Below are positions 10,644 through 22,310 of a stretch of DNA of 64,000 nt, in pieces. Positions within the stretch are counted from its first letter, which is position 1. Each line of letters starts with the position of its first letter. A program made the position numbers and the translations under genes. The notes under the pieces are model-generated. The model did no database searches. It was not told the DNA's origin and worked only from the letters and a program-made list of their open reading frames with translations. The stretch is from an uncultured delta proteobacterium (GTDB lineage: Bacteria > Myxococcota_A > UBA9160 > SZUA-336), in the NCBI GenBank assembly GCA_963704165.1, contig CAVPHD010000009.1, positions 1 through 64,000 on the forward strand. Reading direction: 5' to 3'.

Positions 10644-11651
10644 TCAGTGCAACACGCTCTTCTTCGCGACAGGCGGAGCCGGCTCCGCGGCCGCGGCGGT
10701 TCCGGGCGCGGGCTGCGAACTCTGCGCTGCCTTCTCCGCGGCCTTCTTCTGCAGAAGCGCGTTCAGCTCGCTCTGCGCCTTCGCGATGTCGCCCTGATGC
10801 TTCAGAATCACGCTCATCGTGTCGTTCACGAGTTCGACGTCGAGAGAATCCGCGTTCAGCACCATCAGTGCCCGAGCCCAGTCGAGCGTCTCCGAGATCG
10901 ACGGCGTCTTCTTCAGGTCGAGCTTCCGGATCCTCTGGATCAGCTCGACGATGTCCTGGACCAGCCGATCGCCGATTCCGGGCACCTTGAGCTCGAGGAT
11001 GCGGATCTCCTCCTCGGCGGAGGGGAAGTCGATGTGCAGGTGCAGGCAGCGGCGCTTGAGCGCGTCGGTCATCTCTCTCGCGTCGTTCGAGGTCAGGAAG
11101 ACCAATGGGATGTTCTTCGCCTGGATCGTGCCGATCTCGGGAACGCTCACCGTGTAGTCCGAGAGGACCTCGAGCAGGAAGGCCTCGAACTCGGGGTCGG
11201 ACTTGTCGACTTCGTCGATCAGGAGCATCACGGGATCCACCGACGTGATTGCCTTCAGCAGGGGGCGCGCCACGATGAAGCGCTCGCTGAAGAAGACGTC
11301 GTCCTGCGCGGCGATCCGCTCGGAGGCGTCCTTCAGGGTCGTCGCGCCGGCGATCACTTCGCCGATCTTGTCGCGCAGCATCTGGGTATAGAGGAGCTGC
11401 TTGGAGTACTCCCACTCGTACAGGGCCTTCGATTCGTCGAGGCCCTCGTAGCACTGCAGACGAATCAGCTTTCGGCCGACCGCGGCGGCCACCACCTTCG
11501 CAAGGTCGGTCTTGCCGACTCCGGCGGGCCCCTCGACGAGCACCGGCTTGTTCAGCTTCGACGCCAGATAGACGACCGTCGCGATCTTCTTGCCCGCGAT
11601 GTAGTTCTGGTCGAGCAGGCGCTTCTGGACTTCTTCCACGCTATCGAACAT
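10644..11651 (-). CDS. MoxR-family AAA+ ATPase, CoxD-like
   Basis: LVEGPAGVGKT, RLQCYEGLD, YEWEY, LLIDEVDK, ALKRRC. Confidence 0.92.
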   Translation of the reverse strand: MFDSVEEVQKRLLDQNYIAGKKIATVVYLASKLNKPVLVEGPAGVGKTDLAKVVAAAVGRKLIRLQCYEGLDESKALYEWEYSKQLLYTQMLRDKIGEVIAGATTLKDASERIAAQDDVFFSERFIVARPLLKAITSVDPVMLLIDEVDKSDPEFEAFLLEVLSDYTVSVPEIGTIQAKNIPLVFLTSNDAREMTDALKRRCLHLHIDFPSAEEEIRILELKVPGIGDRLVQDIVELIQRIRKLDLKKTPSISETLDWARALMVLNADSLDVELVNDTMSVILKHQGDIAKAQSELNALLQKKAAEKAAQSSQPAPGTAAAAEPAPPVAKKSVLH

Positions 11652-11668
11652 TCGATCTCCCTCGGCGG

Positions 11669-12250
11669 CTAGCGCGCGCCCGCGGCACGGACCGGCCTCT
11701 TTGTCTCGCTCGGCTCCGTGGCCCTCGCCAGAAGCTCTTCCAACCACTGCTCGCGCATGCGCTGCAGGCGCACGCCGTACTCAAGAATCATACGCCTGTA
11801 CGGGTCTCCCTGGCGCTGGCCCAGATCCGCGAGCACCTGCTCCAAGCGCTCGGCCCGGCGCGAGGTCTCCTTCAATCGATCGCGCACCTGCGCGCAAGCG
11901 GCGTCAGAAGAGAGGTTCGCAAAAAAGCTGCAGCGCTGCAGAAAGCCGTCGCGCCAGAAGAATCCCAGCCGTTCGCTCGCGTCGTCAGGTGCGCCCCCCT
12001 CCAGCCAATGCCGGAAGGCCGCCCGACCCGATTCGGTCACGCGATAGAGGTGCTTGGTCGGGCTGCTGCGCTGCTCGACCACCTCTTTCACGATCCAGCC
12101 TCGCGCCTCGAGCTTCGAGAGAGCCGGATAGAGCTGCCCGTCGTTCAGCCCGAGGTCCTTCGAAAGCGTCTCCTCGAGGTGCTTCCGGATCGAGTAGCCG
12201 TGCGCCGGCGCATCCATCAGGACGCCGAGGATCGTGTACGCGACGGACAT
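11669..12250 (-). CDS. PadR-family transcriptional regulator
   Basis: ILGVL....AHGYSI, GQLYPALSKLE..GW, K..YRVTESG...F..WL. Confidence 0.9.
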   Translation of the reverse strand: MSVAYTILGVLMDAPAHGYSIRKHLEETLSKDLGLNDGQLYPALSKLEARGWIVKEVVEQRSSPTKHLYRVTESGRAAFRHWLEGGAPDDASERLGFFWRDGFLQRCSFFANLSSDAACAQVRDRLKETSRRAERLEQVLADLGQRQGDPYRRMILEYGVRLQRMREQWLEELLARATEPSETKRPVRAAGAR

Positions 12251-12254
12251 CTCG

Positions 12255-13520
12255 CTAGCTCATCAAATTGAGAATGTGACCGAGCTTCTCTCGCTTGGTT
12301 CGCAGGTACTCGAGGTTCTTGTCGTTGGGCCGCATCTCGAGCGGAACCTGCTCGACGATCTCGAGGCCGTACCCCTCGAGCCCGGCGCGCTTCTTGGGAT
12401 TGTTCGTGAGCAGACGGAGCTTCGTCACGCCCAGATTGACCAGGATCTGTGCTCCGACGCCGAAATCGCGCGCGTCCGCGGGAAACCCGAGCCTCTCGTT
12501 CGCCTCGACGGTGTCGAGTCCTTCTTGATCCTGGAGCGAGTACGCGCGGATCTTGTTGAGAAGCCCGATTCCACGCCCTTCCTGGCGCATGTACAGAAGG
12601 ATCCCCGAGCCCTCTTCCTGGATCATCTTCAGCGCGGTCTGAAGCTGCTCGCCGCAATCGCAGCGCAGCGAGCCGAACGCGTCTCCGGTCAGGCACTCGC
12701 TGTGGACTCGCACCAGCGTCGGCTCGTCGGGTCGGATCTCGCCGCGGACGAACGCCACGTGATCCACATGGTCGATCTCGTTCTTGAACACGATCGAACG
12801 GAAGTCGCCGAATTGAGACGGCAGGATCGCTTCGGCCGCGCGCGTCACGTGGCTCTCGCTGCGCAGTCGGTACTTGATCAGGTCGGCCACGGTCAGGATC
12901 CGCAGACCATGGCGCTCGGCGAAGATGCGCAGATCGGGAATCCGCGCCATCGTTCCGTCGTCGTTCATGATCTCGCAGATCACGGCCGCGGGCTGCATCC
13001 CCGCCAGACGCGCGAGATCGACCCCGCCCTCGGTCTGACCGGTTCGCCGCAGAACACCGCCCGGCTTGGCCACCAAGGGGAACACGTGACCCGGACGCGT
13101 CAGATCCTGGGGGCGCGCGTTCGGCGCGATCGCCACCTGGATCGTACGCGCGCGATCCGCGGCCGAGATTCCGGTGGTGACGCCTTCGCGCGCCTCGATC
13201 GAGACGGTGAACGCGGTGCCGAACGGCGTCTCGTTCTCGGAATCCCGCACCATCATCGGCAAGTCGAGCTGGCGCGCGCGCTCCCCGGTGATCGCAAGAC
13301 AGATCAGCCCGCGTCCATACATGGCCATGAAGTTCACGGCCTCGGGAGTGCACTTCTCCGCGACCATGCAGAGATCGCCCTCGTTCTCGCGGTCCTCGTC
13401 GTCGGCGAGGATGACCATCTTGCCGGCGCGCATGTCTTCGAGACCGGCGCGCACGCGCGCCATCACATCGTCCAGGTCCCGGCGCGCAGCTTGCGCTTGG
13501 AACTCCTCGGCGCGGCTCAT
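12255..13520 (-). CDS. ribBA: Bifunctional DHBP synthase / GTP cyclohydrolase II
   Basis: [53 protein letters not shown]. Confidence 0.97.
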   Translation of the reverse strand: MSRAEEFQAQAARRDLDDVMARVRAGLEDMRAGKMVILADDEDRENEGDLCMVAEKCTPEAVNFMAMYGRGLICLAITGERARQLDLPMMVRDSENETPFGTAFTVSIEAREGVTTGISAADRARTIQVAIAPNARPQDLTRPGHVFPLVAKPGGVLRRTGQTEGGVDLARLAGMQPAAVICEIMNDDGTMARIPDLRIFAERHGLRILTVADLIKYRLRSESHVTRAAEAILPSQFGDFRSIVFKNEIDHVDHVAFVRGEIRPDEPTLVRVHSECLTGDAFGSLRCDCGEQLQTALKMIQEEGSGILLYMRQEGRGIGLLNKIRAYSLQDQEGLDTVEANERLGFPADARDFGVGAQILVNLGVTKLRLLTNNPKKRAGLEGYGLEIVEQVPLEMRPNDKNLEYLRTKREKLGHILNLMS

Positions 13521-13542
13521 GTTCTCGGCCTCGGGCGATCGC

Positions 13543-13599
13543 TACCTAGGAGTTAGGTACGCGCGTCGCGACGGTATCAGCCGGGTACACGTGCGTCAA
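13543..13599 (-). promoter_or_regulatory. Candidate promoter plus palindromic operator upstream of ribBA
   Basis: Minus strand TTGACG-17 nt-TACCGT with an extended TG. Inverted repeat TACCTA-N5-TAGGTA at 13543-13559. Confidence 0.5.
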
Positions 13600-13614
13600 T
13601 CGAGGACGAGCGCG

Positions 13615-14283
13615 TCAGCCGTCCTTGTGCTCCTGGAAGTGCCGCATCACATCGGCCATGAACTGCGCCTCGGTCATCCCGAACTTCTCGCCGAAGGAGT
13701 GACGCTGATCGAGGTGGCGGAAGAGCCGCTGGAGAAGGGCCTCGAGCGTCTCGACCACACCCTCGCCCTTCGCGGCCGAGCCGGGGATCGTCGGAATGCC
13801 GGTGCCTTCCCACGCCTTGCGGATCTCGTCGAGCGGCTTGATGTCCTCGAGGTCGCGCTTGTTGAACTGGACTACGACGGGCATCTGCTGGATGTCGAGA
13901 CCGTTGGCCCGGAGATTCGCCTCGAGATCGCGATAGGAATAGGCGTTGCCCGACGACGCGGAGCGTTGCGAATCGGCGACGAAGACGACCGCGTCAGCGC
14001 CGGCGAGAACCACGCGGCGCGTCGAGCGATGAAGCACCTGGCCGGGCACCGTGAACAGCTTCAGCTTGATCTTGTAGTCACCATCGACGCCGAACTCGAC
14101 GGGAAGAAAGTCGAAGTACAACGTGCGGTCGTCCTGGGTGTCGAGCGTGACCATCTCGCCGCGCATCCCCGCGGCGAGCTTGGCGTGAATCTGGCGCAGG
14201 TTCGTGGTCTTCCCGGAGAGCGCGGGGCCGTAGTAGACGATCTTGAGTGTGATCTCTTTGGTTTCGAGATTGAGCTGTGGCAT
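13615..14283 (-). CDS. MglA-like small Ras-superfamily GTPase
   Basis: KIVYYGPALSGKTTN, DRTLYFDF, TVPGQ, VVFVADS, FNKRDL. Confidence 0.88.
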   Translation of the reverse strand: MPQLNLETKEITLKIVYYGPALSGKTTNLRQIHAKLAAGMRGEMVTLDTQDDRTLYFDFLPVEFGVDGDYKIKLKLFTVPGQVLHRSTRRVVLAGADAVVFVADSQRSASSGNAYSYRDLEANLRANGLDIQQMPVVVQFNKRDLEDIKPLDEIRKAWEGTGIPTIPGSAAKGEGVVETLEALLQRLFRHLDQRHSFGEKFGMTEAQFMADVMRHFQEHKDG

Positions 14284-14350
14284 GCGTTGCGCCTCTACGG
14301 GGGACGGATAGCCCTATCGGCGCTCGTTCCAGAGCGATTGAGCCGGCGCG

Positions 14351-15349
14351 TCAGCTCGACGGGTGTTTGCGTGCGAATTGCTCGAGCAGGAGGCGGGCGG
14401 CTCGCGGCGGCGAGACCCGGCTCGCATCGACCTCGGCCTCCAACTCGGGCAGGCGCGAGGCGACGCGTGTGTCCGCTCGGAACGCGGCCTGGAGCCCATC
14501 GTCGAGCAGGCGCCAGAGCCACGCGCGGGACTGGGCGCGACGTCGCCGGGTGAGCTCGCCGCTCTCGGAAAGCGCCACGCGGTGCGCGAGCACGAGCCGC
14601 CAGAAATCGGCGATCCCCTCGCCGGTGTGGGCACTGGCGCAGAGCACGGTCGGGGTCCAGCCGCTCGCGCCCGCCGAGAGCAGGGAAAGCGCGTGCGCAT
14701 GATCCGCGCGCGTGCGCTCCGCAGCCAGCTTCTGCTCGCCATCGGCCTTGTTCACGACCAGCACGTCGGCGAGTTCGAGGATGCCCTTCTTGATTCCCTG
14801 CAACTCGTCTCCCGCGCCCGGCTGCAGCAGGACCGCGAAGAGATCGACCATCGAATGAACGTCGACCTCGGACTGCCCGACGCCGACGGTCTCGACGATC
14901 ACCACATCGAAGCCCGCGGCCTCGCAGACGAGAATCGCCTCGCGGGTGCGGTGCGCGACGCCGCCCAACATGCCACCGGACGGTGTCGGCCGGATGTAGG
15001 CCCGGGAATCGCGCGCAAGTCGCTCCATCCTCGTTTTGTCACCGAGGATGCTGCCGCCCGAGACGGGGCTCGACGGATCGATCGCGAGGACCGCGAGCGT
15101 CTGGTCCCGGGCCACGAGAGAGAGTCCCAGCGTCTCGATGAACGAGCTCTTGCCGACCCCGGGCGGTCCGGTGATGCCGATGCGAAGCCCGCGACCCGTC
15201 TCGGGCACGAGCGCGTCGAGCACGTCCTGACCGAGATCCCGGTGGTCGGGCCGCCGGCTCTCGAGCAGCGTGATGGTCTTCGCGATCACGCGTCGGTCAC
15301 CGGCGCGCACCCCCGCGACATAGTCCGCGGGGGTCCCGACCTTCGTCAT
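14351..15349 (-). CDS. meaB: Methylmalonyl-CoA mutase-associated GTPase MeaB
   Basis: [50 protein letters not shown]. Confidence 0.95.
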   Translation of the reverse strand: MTKVGTPADYVAGVRAGDRRVIAKTITLLESRRPDHRDLGQDVLDALVPETGRGLRIGITGPPGVGKSSFIETLGLSLVARDQTLAVLAIDPSSPVSGGSILGDKTRMERLARDSRAYIRPTPSGGMLGGVAHRTREAILVCEAAGFDVVIVETVGVGQSEVDVHSMVDLFAVLLQPGAGDELQGIKKGILELADVLVVNKADGEQKLAAERTRADHAHALSLLSAGASGWTPTVLCASAHTGEGIADFWRLVLAHRVALSESGELTRRRRAQSRAWLWRLLDDGLQAAFRADTRVASRLPELEAEVDASRVSPPRAARLLLEQFARKHPSS

Positions 15350-17499
15350 GCGCGGCGCTCTCGAATCGACCGGAGCACCTCGCGCGCGGCGCGAGGCACC
15401 TGTGTGCCGGGCCCGAAGACGTTCGAGACGCCGTGCTCGCGCAGAAACCCGTAGTCCTGTCGCGGGATCACGCCGCCACAGACGACCAGGACGTCCCCGC
15501 CCCCCTGTGCGGCGAGCGCCGCGATCAGCTGGGGCACGAGCGTCTTGTGTCCACCCGCCTGCGTCGAGACTCCGACCGCGTGCACGTCGTTCTCGATCGC
15601 CTGGCGAGCGACCTCTTCCGGCGTCTGGAAGAGCGCACCGATGTCGACGTCGAATCCGAGATCGGCGAAGGCCGTCGCGATCACCTTCGCGCCGCGGTCG
15701 TGTCCGTCCTGACCGAGCTTCGCGACCAGGATGCGCGGCCGGCGGCCTTCGTCGTCGGCAAAGGCGCGGATCTCGGCCTGCAGCGCCTCGAACTCCGGAT
15801 CACCGCGATACGCCGCGAAGTACACGCCGGAGAGACTGCGCACCTCGGCGCGATGCCGGCCGAATACACGCTCCATCGCATCGGAGATCTCGCCGACCGT
15901 GGCGCGGGCGCGCGCGCAGTCGATCGCGAGCTCGAGCAGGTTCGCGCTCGCGCCTCGCGCACCCGCCTCGAGGGCCGCGAGCGCCGACGTGCAGCGCGCA
16001 TCGTCGCGGTCGGCGCGGATCGCCCTGAGCCGGGCGACCTGCTTCTCGCGAACCGCCGTGTTGTCGATCTCGAGAAGCTCGACCTCGGTCCGCTCCTCGG
16101 TCTGGTACTTGTTCACGCCGACGACCACGTCCTCGCCTCGGTCGATCCGCGCCTGCCGGCGTGTCGCCGCTTCCTCGATGCGCAGCTTCGGCATGCCCGC
16201 CTCGATCGCCTTGGTCATCCCGCCGAGCGCCTCGACCTCGGCGATCAGCTTCTCGGCCTCGAGCGCGATCGAAGCGGTCAAGCTCTCGACGTAGTACGAG
16301 CCACCCAGCGGATCGATCACGTGGGTGATGCCGGTCTCCTCCGCGAGGATCAGCTGCGTATTTCGCGCGATTCGAGCCGAGAACGGCGTCGGCAGCGTGA
16401 CCGCTTCGTCGAAGCCGTTGGTGTGCAGCGACTGCGTGCCTCCGAGCACCGCGGCCATCGCCTCGATCGTGGTTCGAATCACGTTGTTGTACGGATCCTG
16501 CTCGGTCAGGCTCGCGCCCGATGTCTGAGAGTGCGTGCGCAGCATCGACGAGCGCACGTCCTTGGGTTCGAACTGACGCATGAGCTTCGCCCAGAGCATT
16601 CGTCCGGCGCGCATCTTCGCGATCTCCATGAAGAAGTTCATGCCGATCGCCCAGAAGAACGAGAGCCGCGGCGCGAACTCGTCGATCGCCAGTCCGCGCG
16701 AGAGCGCCGCGCGCACGTACTCGACGCCGTCGGCCAGCGTGAACGCGAGCTCCTGCACTTGCGTCGCGCCGGCTTCCTGCATGTGGTAGCCGCTGATCGA
16801 GATCGAGTTGAAACGCGGCATGTTCCGCGCGGTGTACGCGATGATGTCCGCGCAGATCCGCATCGAGGGCTCGGGCGGGTAGATGTAGGTGTTGCGGACC
16901 ATGAACTCCTTCAAGATGTCGTTCTGAATCGTTCCCGTGAGCTTCGCCACCGGAACGCCCTGCTCTTCCGCCGCGACGATGAAGTTCGCGAGCGTCGGGA
17001 TGACCGCGCCATTCATCGTCATCGAAACGGACATCTTGTCGAGCGGGATCCCGTCGAAGAGGGTCTTCATGTCCTCGACGGAGTCGATCGCCACGCCCGC
17101 CTTGCCGACGTCGCCGACCACGCGCGGGTGGTCCGAGTCGTAGCCGCGATGCGTGGCCAGATCGAACGCCACCGACAGACCCATCTGGCCCGCCTTGAGA
17201 TTCGCGTGGAAGAAAGCGTTCGATTCCTCGGCGGTCGAGAAGCCCGCGTACTGGCGGACCGTCCACGGGCGGTGCGCGTACATGGTGGCGCGGGGCCCGC
17301 GGACGAACGGAGAAACACCGGGAAGCGTATCGGTCTCTTCGAGATCCTCGAGATCCGCCGCGGTGTAGAGGGGCTTCACCGCGATGCCGTCGGGCGTGTT
17401 CCAGACGAGCGTATCCGGGCTTTCGCCGCGCAGATCCTCGCTCGCCAGCTTGCGCCAGGCGTCGACGTCGGCGTGGATCTTGGGATCACGATTCTTCAC
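15346..17499 (-). CDS. scpA: Methylmalonyl-CoA mutase (B12-dependent)
   Basis: [33 protein letters not shown]12 motif [16 protein letters not shown] before the GTG at 17499. Confidence 0.95.
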   Translation of the reverse strand: MKNRDPKIHADVDAWRKLASEDLRGESPDTLVWNTPDGIAVKPLYTAADLEDLEETDTLPGVSPFVRGPRATMYAHRPWTVRQYAGFSTAEESNAFFHANLKAGQMGLSVAFDLATHRGYDSDHPRVVGDVGKAGVAIDSVEDMKTLFDGIPLDKMSVSMTMNGAVIPTLANFIVAAEEQGVPVAKLTGTIQNDILKEFMVRNTYIYPPEPSMRICADIIAYTARNMPRFNSISISGYHMQEAGATQVQELAFTLADGVEYVRAALSRGLAIDEFAPRLSFFWAIGMNFFMEIAKMRAGRMLWAKLMRQFEPKDVRSSMLRTHSQTSGASLTEQDPYNNVIRTTIEAMAAVLGGTQSLHTNGFDEAVTLPTPFSARIARNTQLILAEETGITHVIDPLGGSYYVESLTASIALEAEKLIAEVEALGGMTKAIEAGMPKLRIEEAATRRQARIDRGEDVVVGVNKYQTEERTEVELLEIDNTAVREKQVARLRAIRADRDDARCTSALAALEAGARGASANLLELAIDCARARATVGEISDAMERVFGRHRAEVRSLSGVYFAAYRGDPEFEALQAEIRAFADDEGRRPRILVAKLGQDGHDRGAKVIATAFADLGFDVDIGALFQTPEEVARQAIENDVHAVGVSTQAGGHKTLVPQLIAALAAQGGGDVLVVCGGVIPRQDYGFLREHGVSNVFGPGTQVPRAAREVLRSIRERRA

Positions 17500-17513
17500 T
17501 CTGACCTCCGTCC

Positions 17514-20500
17514 CTACATGCTGCGGCGGTAGCGGCCGCCGACCTCGAAGAGCGCCTCGCTGATCTGACCGAGGCTCGCGACCTTCACCGTCTCGAGCAA
17601 CTCTTCGAAGACGTTGCCCCCGCCCCGGGCGACCTCCTGCAATCGGCGCAGCGAAGTCGAGGCCACGTCGGCGTGGCGAGCCTGAAACGCGCGAAGGTTG
17701 CGAAGGCACGCCTGCTTCTCGGCCTCCGAGGCGCGGATCAGTTCGCGGGGAGACGCGGCTTCGGCCTCGGGATTCGGGTTCAAGAACGTGTTCACGCCCA
17801 CGATCGGCAGCTCACCGGAGTGCTTCAGCGACTCGTAGTGAAGGCTCTCGTCCTGGATCCGGCCGCGCTGGTACATCGTCTCCATCGCTCCGAGCACTCC
17901 ACCGCGCGAGGAGATGCGCTCGAACTCCGCGAGGACCGCCTCTTCGACGGCATCCGTGAGCTGTTCGACGTAGTAGGAGCCCTGGATCGAGTTCTCGTTC
18001 TTCAGCCACCCGAACTCGCGGTTGAGCACGAGCTGAATCGCGAGCGCACGACGAACGGACTCCCCGGTCGGCGTCGTCACCGCTTCGTCGTAGGCGTTGG
18101 TGTGAAGGCTGTTGCAGTTGTCCTGCAGCGCGAGCAGCGCCTGCAGCGTCGTGCGCGTGTCGTTGAACGACATCTCTTGGGCGTGCAGGGATCGCCCCGA
18201 GGTCTGGATGTGGTACTTGAGCCGCTGACTGCGCTCGGCCGCTCCGTACCGGTCTCGCATCGCGATCGCCCAGATCCGACGTGCGACGCGTCCGATCACC
18301 GCGTACTCCGGATCGAGACCGTTCGAGAAGAAGAACGAGAAATTCGGCGCGAACTCGTCGATCGCGAGGCCCCGGTCCAGGTAGTACTCGCAGTAGGTGA
18401 AACCGTTCGCGAGCGTGAAGGCGAGCTGCGAGATCGGATTCGCACCGGCCTCGGCGATGTGATAGCCGGAGATCGAGACGGAGTAGAAGTTCTCGATGGC
18501 GTTTCGCGAGAAGTACTCCTGGACGTCGCCCATCAGCTTGAGCGAGAACTCCGACGAGAAGATGCAGGTGTTCTGCGCCTGATCCTCCTTCAGGATGTCC
18601 GCCTGTACCGTCCCGCGCACGCTCGCGAGCGCCTCGCGGCGGATGCGCGCATAGGTTTCGGAATCGACCACGCGATCTCCGGAGACACCGAGCAGCAGCA
18701 GGCCGCGTCCGTCGTGCCCCTCCGGCAGCTCGCCCTCGTAGGTCGGCAGGCCGAGTGCGCGAAGCTCTTCGCGCACGCGCTCCGATTGCCCCGTCTCATG
18801 GAGGTGAGCTTCGACGGCCTGGTCGATCACCGCGTTGAAGAAGAACGCGAGGATGACCGGCGCGGGCCCGTTGATCGTCATCGAGACCGACGTCTTGGGA
18901 TCGAGCAGATCGAAGCCGGAGTAGAGCTTCACCGCGTCCTCGACGCTCGAGATCGAGACACCCGAAGTGCCGACCTTCCCGTAGATGTCGAGACGCTCGT
19001 CCGGATCCCGGCCGTAGAGCGTGACGCTGTCGAATGCGGTCGAGAGTCGGACCGCGGGCTGCCCCTTCGCGAGCATGTGGAAGCGGTGGTTCGTGCGCTC
19101 GGCCGGTCCCTCGCCCGCGAACATCCGCGCCGGGTCCTCCTCGCCGATCCGCTTGAAGGGAAAGACGCCCGCAGTGAAGGGAAAGTGGCCCGGCAGGTTC
19201 TCGAGCGCGGCGAATCGCACGACCTCGCCCCAATCCACGGCGCCAGGCAGCGCGACGCGCGGGATGTCGAGACCCGAAAGACTGCGCACGTAGTTCGAAG
19301 CGGGAATCGAACGGCCGCGTACCTCGTAGGACTGACTCGCGGCGAGGTAGCGCGCTCGCAGCTCGGGCCAACCGGCGAGGGTGCGACGCGCTTCGTCGGA
19401 GAGCGCGCGAAGCTCTTCGTTGTATCGGCGTCGCAGGGCCACGCGTTCGAGCGGTCCCGAACTCTCGGCGAGCGCGTCCTCGGGAAAGGGTCGAGCCATC
19501 TCCGGCACGTCGTCGCCGAGCGCTCGCAGCGCTTCGATCAGTCCGTACGCGCTGCGCGCGCGCTGCGCGTCCTCGTTCGCGTGCTTTCGATGACTCCGCA
19601 CCGCCTCGGCGATTTCGGAGAGGTAGCGCGCGCGTTCCACCGGCACGAGCGACGAGGCTTTCGGAAGAACCGGCGGCAATCGCGCACTTTTCGCGAAGCT
19701 CGCGAATCCGCGCTCGCCGACGAGCGCGATCAGGTCGGCGAAGAGGCGGTCGGTGCCCTCGTCGCTCCATCGGCTCGCGATCGTCGGGTAGACGGGCACG
19801 CGTTCGTCCGGACACGACGGGTCGGGATGATTCCGGCGCCACTGCTTGCGCACGTCGCGCAGCGCGTCCTCGCCGCCGCGCCGGTCGAACTTGTTCAACA
19901 CGATCGCGTCCGCAAGCTCGAGCATGTCGATCTTCTCGAGCTGCGACGGCGCACCGTACTCCGGTGTCATCACGTAGACGGAGAGATCGACGAGGTCGAC
20001 GACCTCGGAATCGCTCTGCCCGATTCCCGCCGTCTCGACCAGGATCAGATCGAAGTTCGAAGCCTGCAGCACGCGAATGCCGTCGGCGACGGCCGACGAG
20101 ACCGCGAGATGTGCCCGGCGGGTGGCGAGCGAGCGCACGAAGACGTGCGGCGGACGGATCGCGTTCATTCGCAGTCGGTCGCCGAGCAACGCGCCACCAC
20201 TCGACCTTCGCGTCGGATCGACCGAGATCACACCCACGCTCTTCTCCGGATGCGCGAACCGGAAACGGCGCACCAGCTCGTCCATCAGGGTGGACTTCCC
20301 CGCCCCTCCCGTTCCCGTGAACCCGATCACCGGCGCGCGATCTCCGCGCCTGCGCGCGGCCAAGCGCTTTCGCAGGGCGTCGATCGACGCGTCGTCGGTG
20401 GACCCGTTGGCCTCGAAGAAGCTGATCAGCCGCGCGACAGCGGTCGTGGATTCCACCGAGAGCCGCGACATTTCCTCTTCGGGACGTGGCTCGGGACGCG

Positions 20501-20957
20501 AGCTCCCCGGCGCGAGCATCTGCTCGATCATTCCCGCGAGGCCGATCTCCTGACCGTCCTCGGGTCGAAAGATGCGCGTGACGCCGTACTCGTGGAGCAG
20601 GCGCACCTCTTCGGGTGAGATCACGCCGCCGCCGCCGCCGTAGACTCGAATGTGGCCGGCTCCCGACTCGCGGAGCCGATCGATCAGGTACCGGAAGAAC
20701 TCGAGGTGTCCGCCTTGGTACGACGAGACCGCGATCAGGTCCGCGTCTTCCTGAAGCGCGGCCGTCAGGACGTCGTCCACCGAGCGGTCGTGCCCGAGAT
20801 GAATCACCTCTGCGCCCTGCGCCTGCAGGAGTCGGCGCATGATGTTGATCGAGGCGTCGTGTCCGTCGAAGAGCGCAGCCGCCGTGACGGCACGGATCGG
20901 AGCCCGCGCGGATGTTTGCGCGGTCGTCCGAGTGATCGTGCGGGGAAGCGGTCTCAC
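17514..20957 (-). CDS. icmF: Fused isobutyryl-CoA mutase / GTPase IcmF (start approximate)
   Basis: N-terminal [15 protein letters not shown]12 domain, [11 protein letters not shown]eaI GTPase, RMFAGEG mutase domain, C-terminal GGRYRRSM. Confidence 0.93.
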   Translation of the reverse strand: MRPLPRTITRTTAQTSARAPIRAVTAAALFDGHDASINIMRRLLQAQGAEVIHLGHDRSVDDVLTAALQEDADLIAVSSYQGGHLEFFRYLIDRLRESGAGHIRVYGGGGGVISPEEVRLLHEYGVTRIFRPEDGQEIGLAGMIEQMLAPGSSRPEPRPEEEMSRLSVESTTAVARLISFFEANGSTDDASIDALRKRLAARRRGDRAPVIGFTGTGGAGKSTLMDELVRRFRFAHPEKSVGVISVDPTRRSSGGALLGDRLRMNAIRPPHVFVRSLATRRAHLAVSSAVADGIRVLQASNFDLILVETAGIGQSDSEVVDLVDLSVYVMTPEYGAPSQLEKIDMLELADAIVLNKFDRRGGEDALRDVRKQWRRNHPDPSCPDERVPVYPTIASRWSDEGTDRLFADLIALVGERGFASFAKSARLPPVLPKASSLVPVERARYLSEIAEAVRSHRKHANEDAQRARSAYGLIEALRALGDDVPEMARPFPEDALAESSGPLERVALRRRYNEELRALSDEARRTLAGWPELRARYLAASQSYEVRGRSIPASNYVRSLSGLDIPRVALPGAVDWGEVVRFAALENLPGHFPFTAGVFPFKRIGEEDPARMFAGEGPAERTNHRFHMLAKGQPAVRLSTAFDSVTLYGRDPDERLDIYGKVGTSGVSISSVEDAVKLYSGFDLLDPKTSVSMTINGPAPVILAFFFNAVIDQAVEAHLHETGQSERVREELRALGLPTYEGELPEGHDGRGLLLLGVSGDRVVDSETYARIRREALASVRGTVQADILKEDQAQNTCIFSSEFSLKLMGDVQEYFSRNAIENFYSVSISGYHIAEAGANPISQLAFTLANGFTYCEYYLDRGLAIDEFAPNFSFFFSNGLDPEYAVIGRVARRIWAIAMRDRYGAAERSQRLKYHIQTSGRSLHAQEMSFNDTRTTLQALLALQDNCNSLHTNAYDEAVTTPTGESVRRALAIQLVLNREFGWLKNENSIQGSYYVEQLTDAVEEAVLAEFERISSRGGVLGAMETMYQRGRIQDESLHYESLKHSGELPIVGVNTFLNPNPEAEAASPRELIRASEAEKQACLRNLRAFQARHADVASTSLRRLQEVARGGGNVFEELLETVKVASLGQISEALFEVGGRYRRSM

Positions 20958-20978
20958 ATCGCGTAGTATGCCGCGCGA

Positions 20979-22310
20979 ATGGACGATTCCGCAGGTCCGC
21001 CCTCCTATCGATCCCCGCGCGAGAACCCGTGGTGGATCCCTCCATTCCTCGGCGGAATCCCACACGGCATCTCGCCGTCGCAGTTGCGTCTGCTCGGCTT
21101 CCTCACCTTCGCCATGTTCTTCGAGAACTTCGACCTCTCGTTGCTCGGAAACGCGCTACCGCAGATCGGGGCGAGCTTCGGGCTCTCGAAGGCGGAGCTC
21201 GGCGACTTCACGGGCGCGACGCGCTTCGGTGCCCTGCCCGCGTTCTTCCTGATCCCACTCGCCGATCGCCTCGGCCGCCGCCGATTGCTTCTGGCCTGCG
21301 TGATCGGCATGAGTGCCGGATCGGCGCTCACCGCGTTCAGCCAGACGGCGCTGCAGTTCGTGCTCTTCCAGGTCGTGACCCGCACGTTCATCGTGACGGC
21401 GTCGGTCGTCACGTTCGTCGTGATCACGGAGGAGTTCCCGGCGGAGAACCGCGGCTGGGGCATCGGCATGCTCGGTGGCGTATCCGCGATCGGCTTCGGC
21501 GCGGGCGCGCTCGTCTACGGCTTCGTGAACGCGCTGCCCTTCGGCTGGCGCTCGCTCTATCTGATCGGGCTGACGCCCCTCCTGCTCTTCCCGGCCCTGC
21601 GGCGAGGGATCGTCGAGACGCGGCGCTGGAACGAGCACAGCAAGAACCAGCTCCCGGCAGGGAGCTGGACCACCGCGATCACCGGCGCGTTCGCGCCGAT
21701 CGTGGAGCTGTACCGACTGCACCCGCGTCGGGCGCTCGCGCTCGGACTGCTCGGCGGACTGTCCGCGGCGGGGACGGGCGTCGCGTTCCAGTTCATCTCC
21801 GAGTTCCTGCAGACGGAGCGCGGCTGGACTCCCGGCACGTTCGCGGCGCTGTCGATCGGATTCGGCGCCTTCGGCATCATCGGCAACCCGGTGGCCGGGC
21901 GGCTCGGTGATCGCATCGGCCGGCGCACGATCGCCGCCGCGGTGTTCACGCTGTTCCCAATCTGCGCATTCGCGTTCTACGCGGGACCGGCGTCGATGGT
22001 CGCTCTGCCCTGGACGGGAATGGTCTTTCTCTCGATGGCGAGCTCGGTCACGACGCGCGCGATCGCGACCGAGCTCTTTCCCACGGCGCTGCGCGGCACG
22101 GGTGGCGGAAGTCTCGCGCTGCTCGAGACGCTCGGCGTGGCCGCCGGGCTCTTCGCGTACGCACGCGGCATGGAATGGCTCGGCGATCAGGGGCTGGTGA
22201 TTCCACTGGTCTCGCTCGCCACCGTCCTCGCCGGATTCTCCGTACTCCTCCTGCCCGAGACCGCGCGACGCGAGCTCGAGGAGATCAGCGACGAAGGAGC
22301 CGCCCGATGA
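20979..22310 (+). CDS. MFS transporter
   Basis: About 12 hydrophobic segments; motif A LADRLGRRR and LGDRIGRR; EEFPAENRG and TELFPTALRG. Confidence 0.9.
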   Translation: MDDSAGPPSYRSPRENPWWIPPFLGGIPHGISPSQLRLLGFLTFAMFFENFDLSLLGNALPQIGASFGLSKAELGDFTGATRFGALPAFFLIPLADRLGRRRLLLACVIGMSAGSALTAFSQTALQFVLFQVVTRTFIVTASVVTFVVITEEFPAENRGWGIGMLGGVSAIGFGAGALVYGFVNALPFGWRSLYLIGLTPLLLFPALRRGIVETRRWNEHSKNQLPAGSWTTAITGAFAPIVELYRLHPRRALALGLLGGLSAAGTGVAFQFISEFLQTERGWTPGTFAALSIGFGAFGIIGNPVAGRLGDRIGRRTIAAAVFTLFPICAFAFYAGPASMVALPWTGMVFLSMASSVTTRAIATELFPTALRGTGGGSLALLETLGVAAGLFAYARGMEWLGDQGLVIPLVSLATVLAGFSVLLLPETARRELEEISDEGAAR

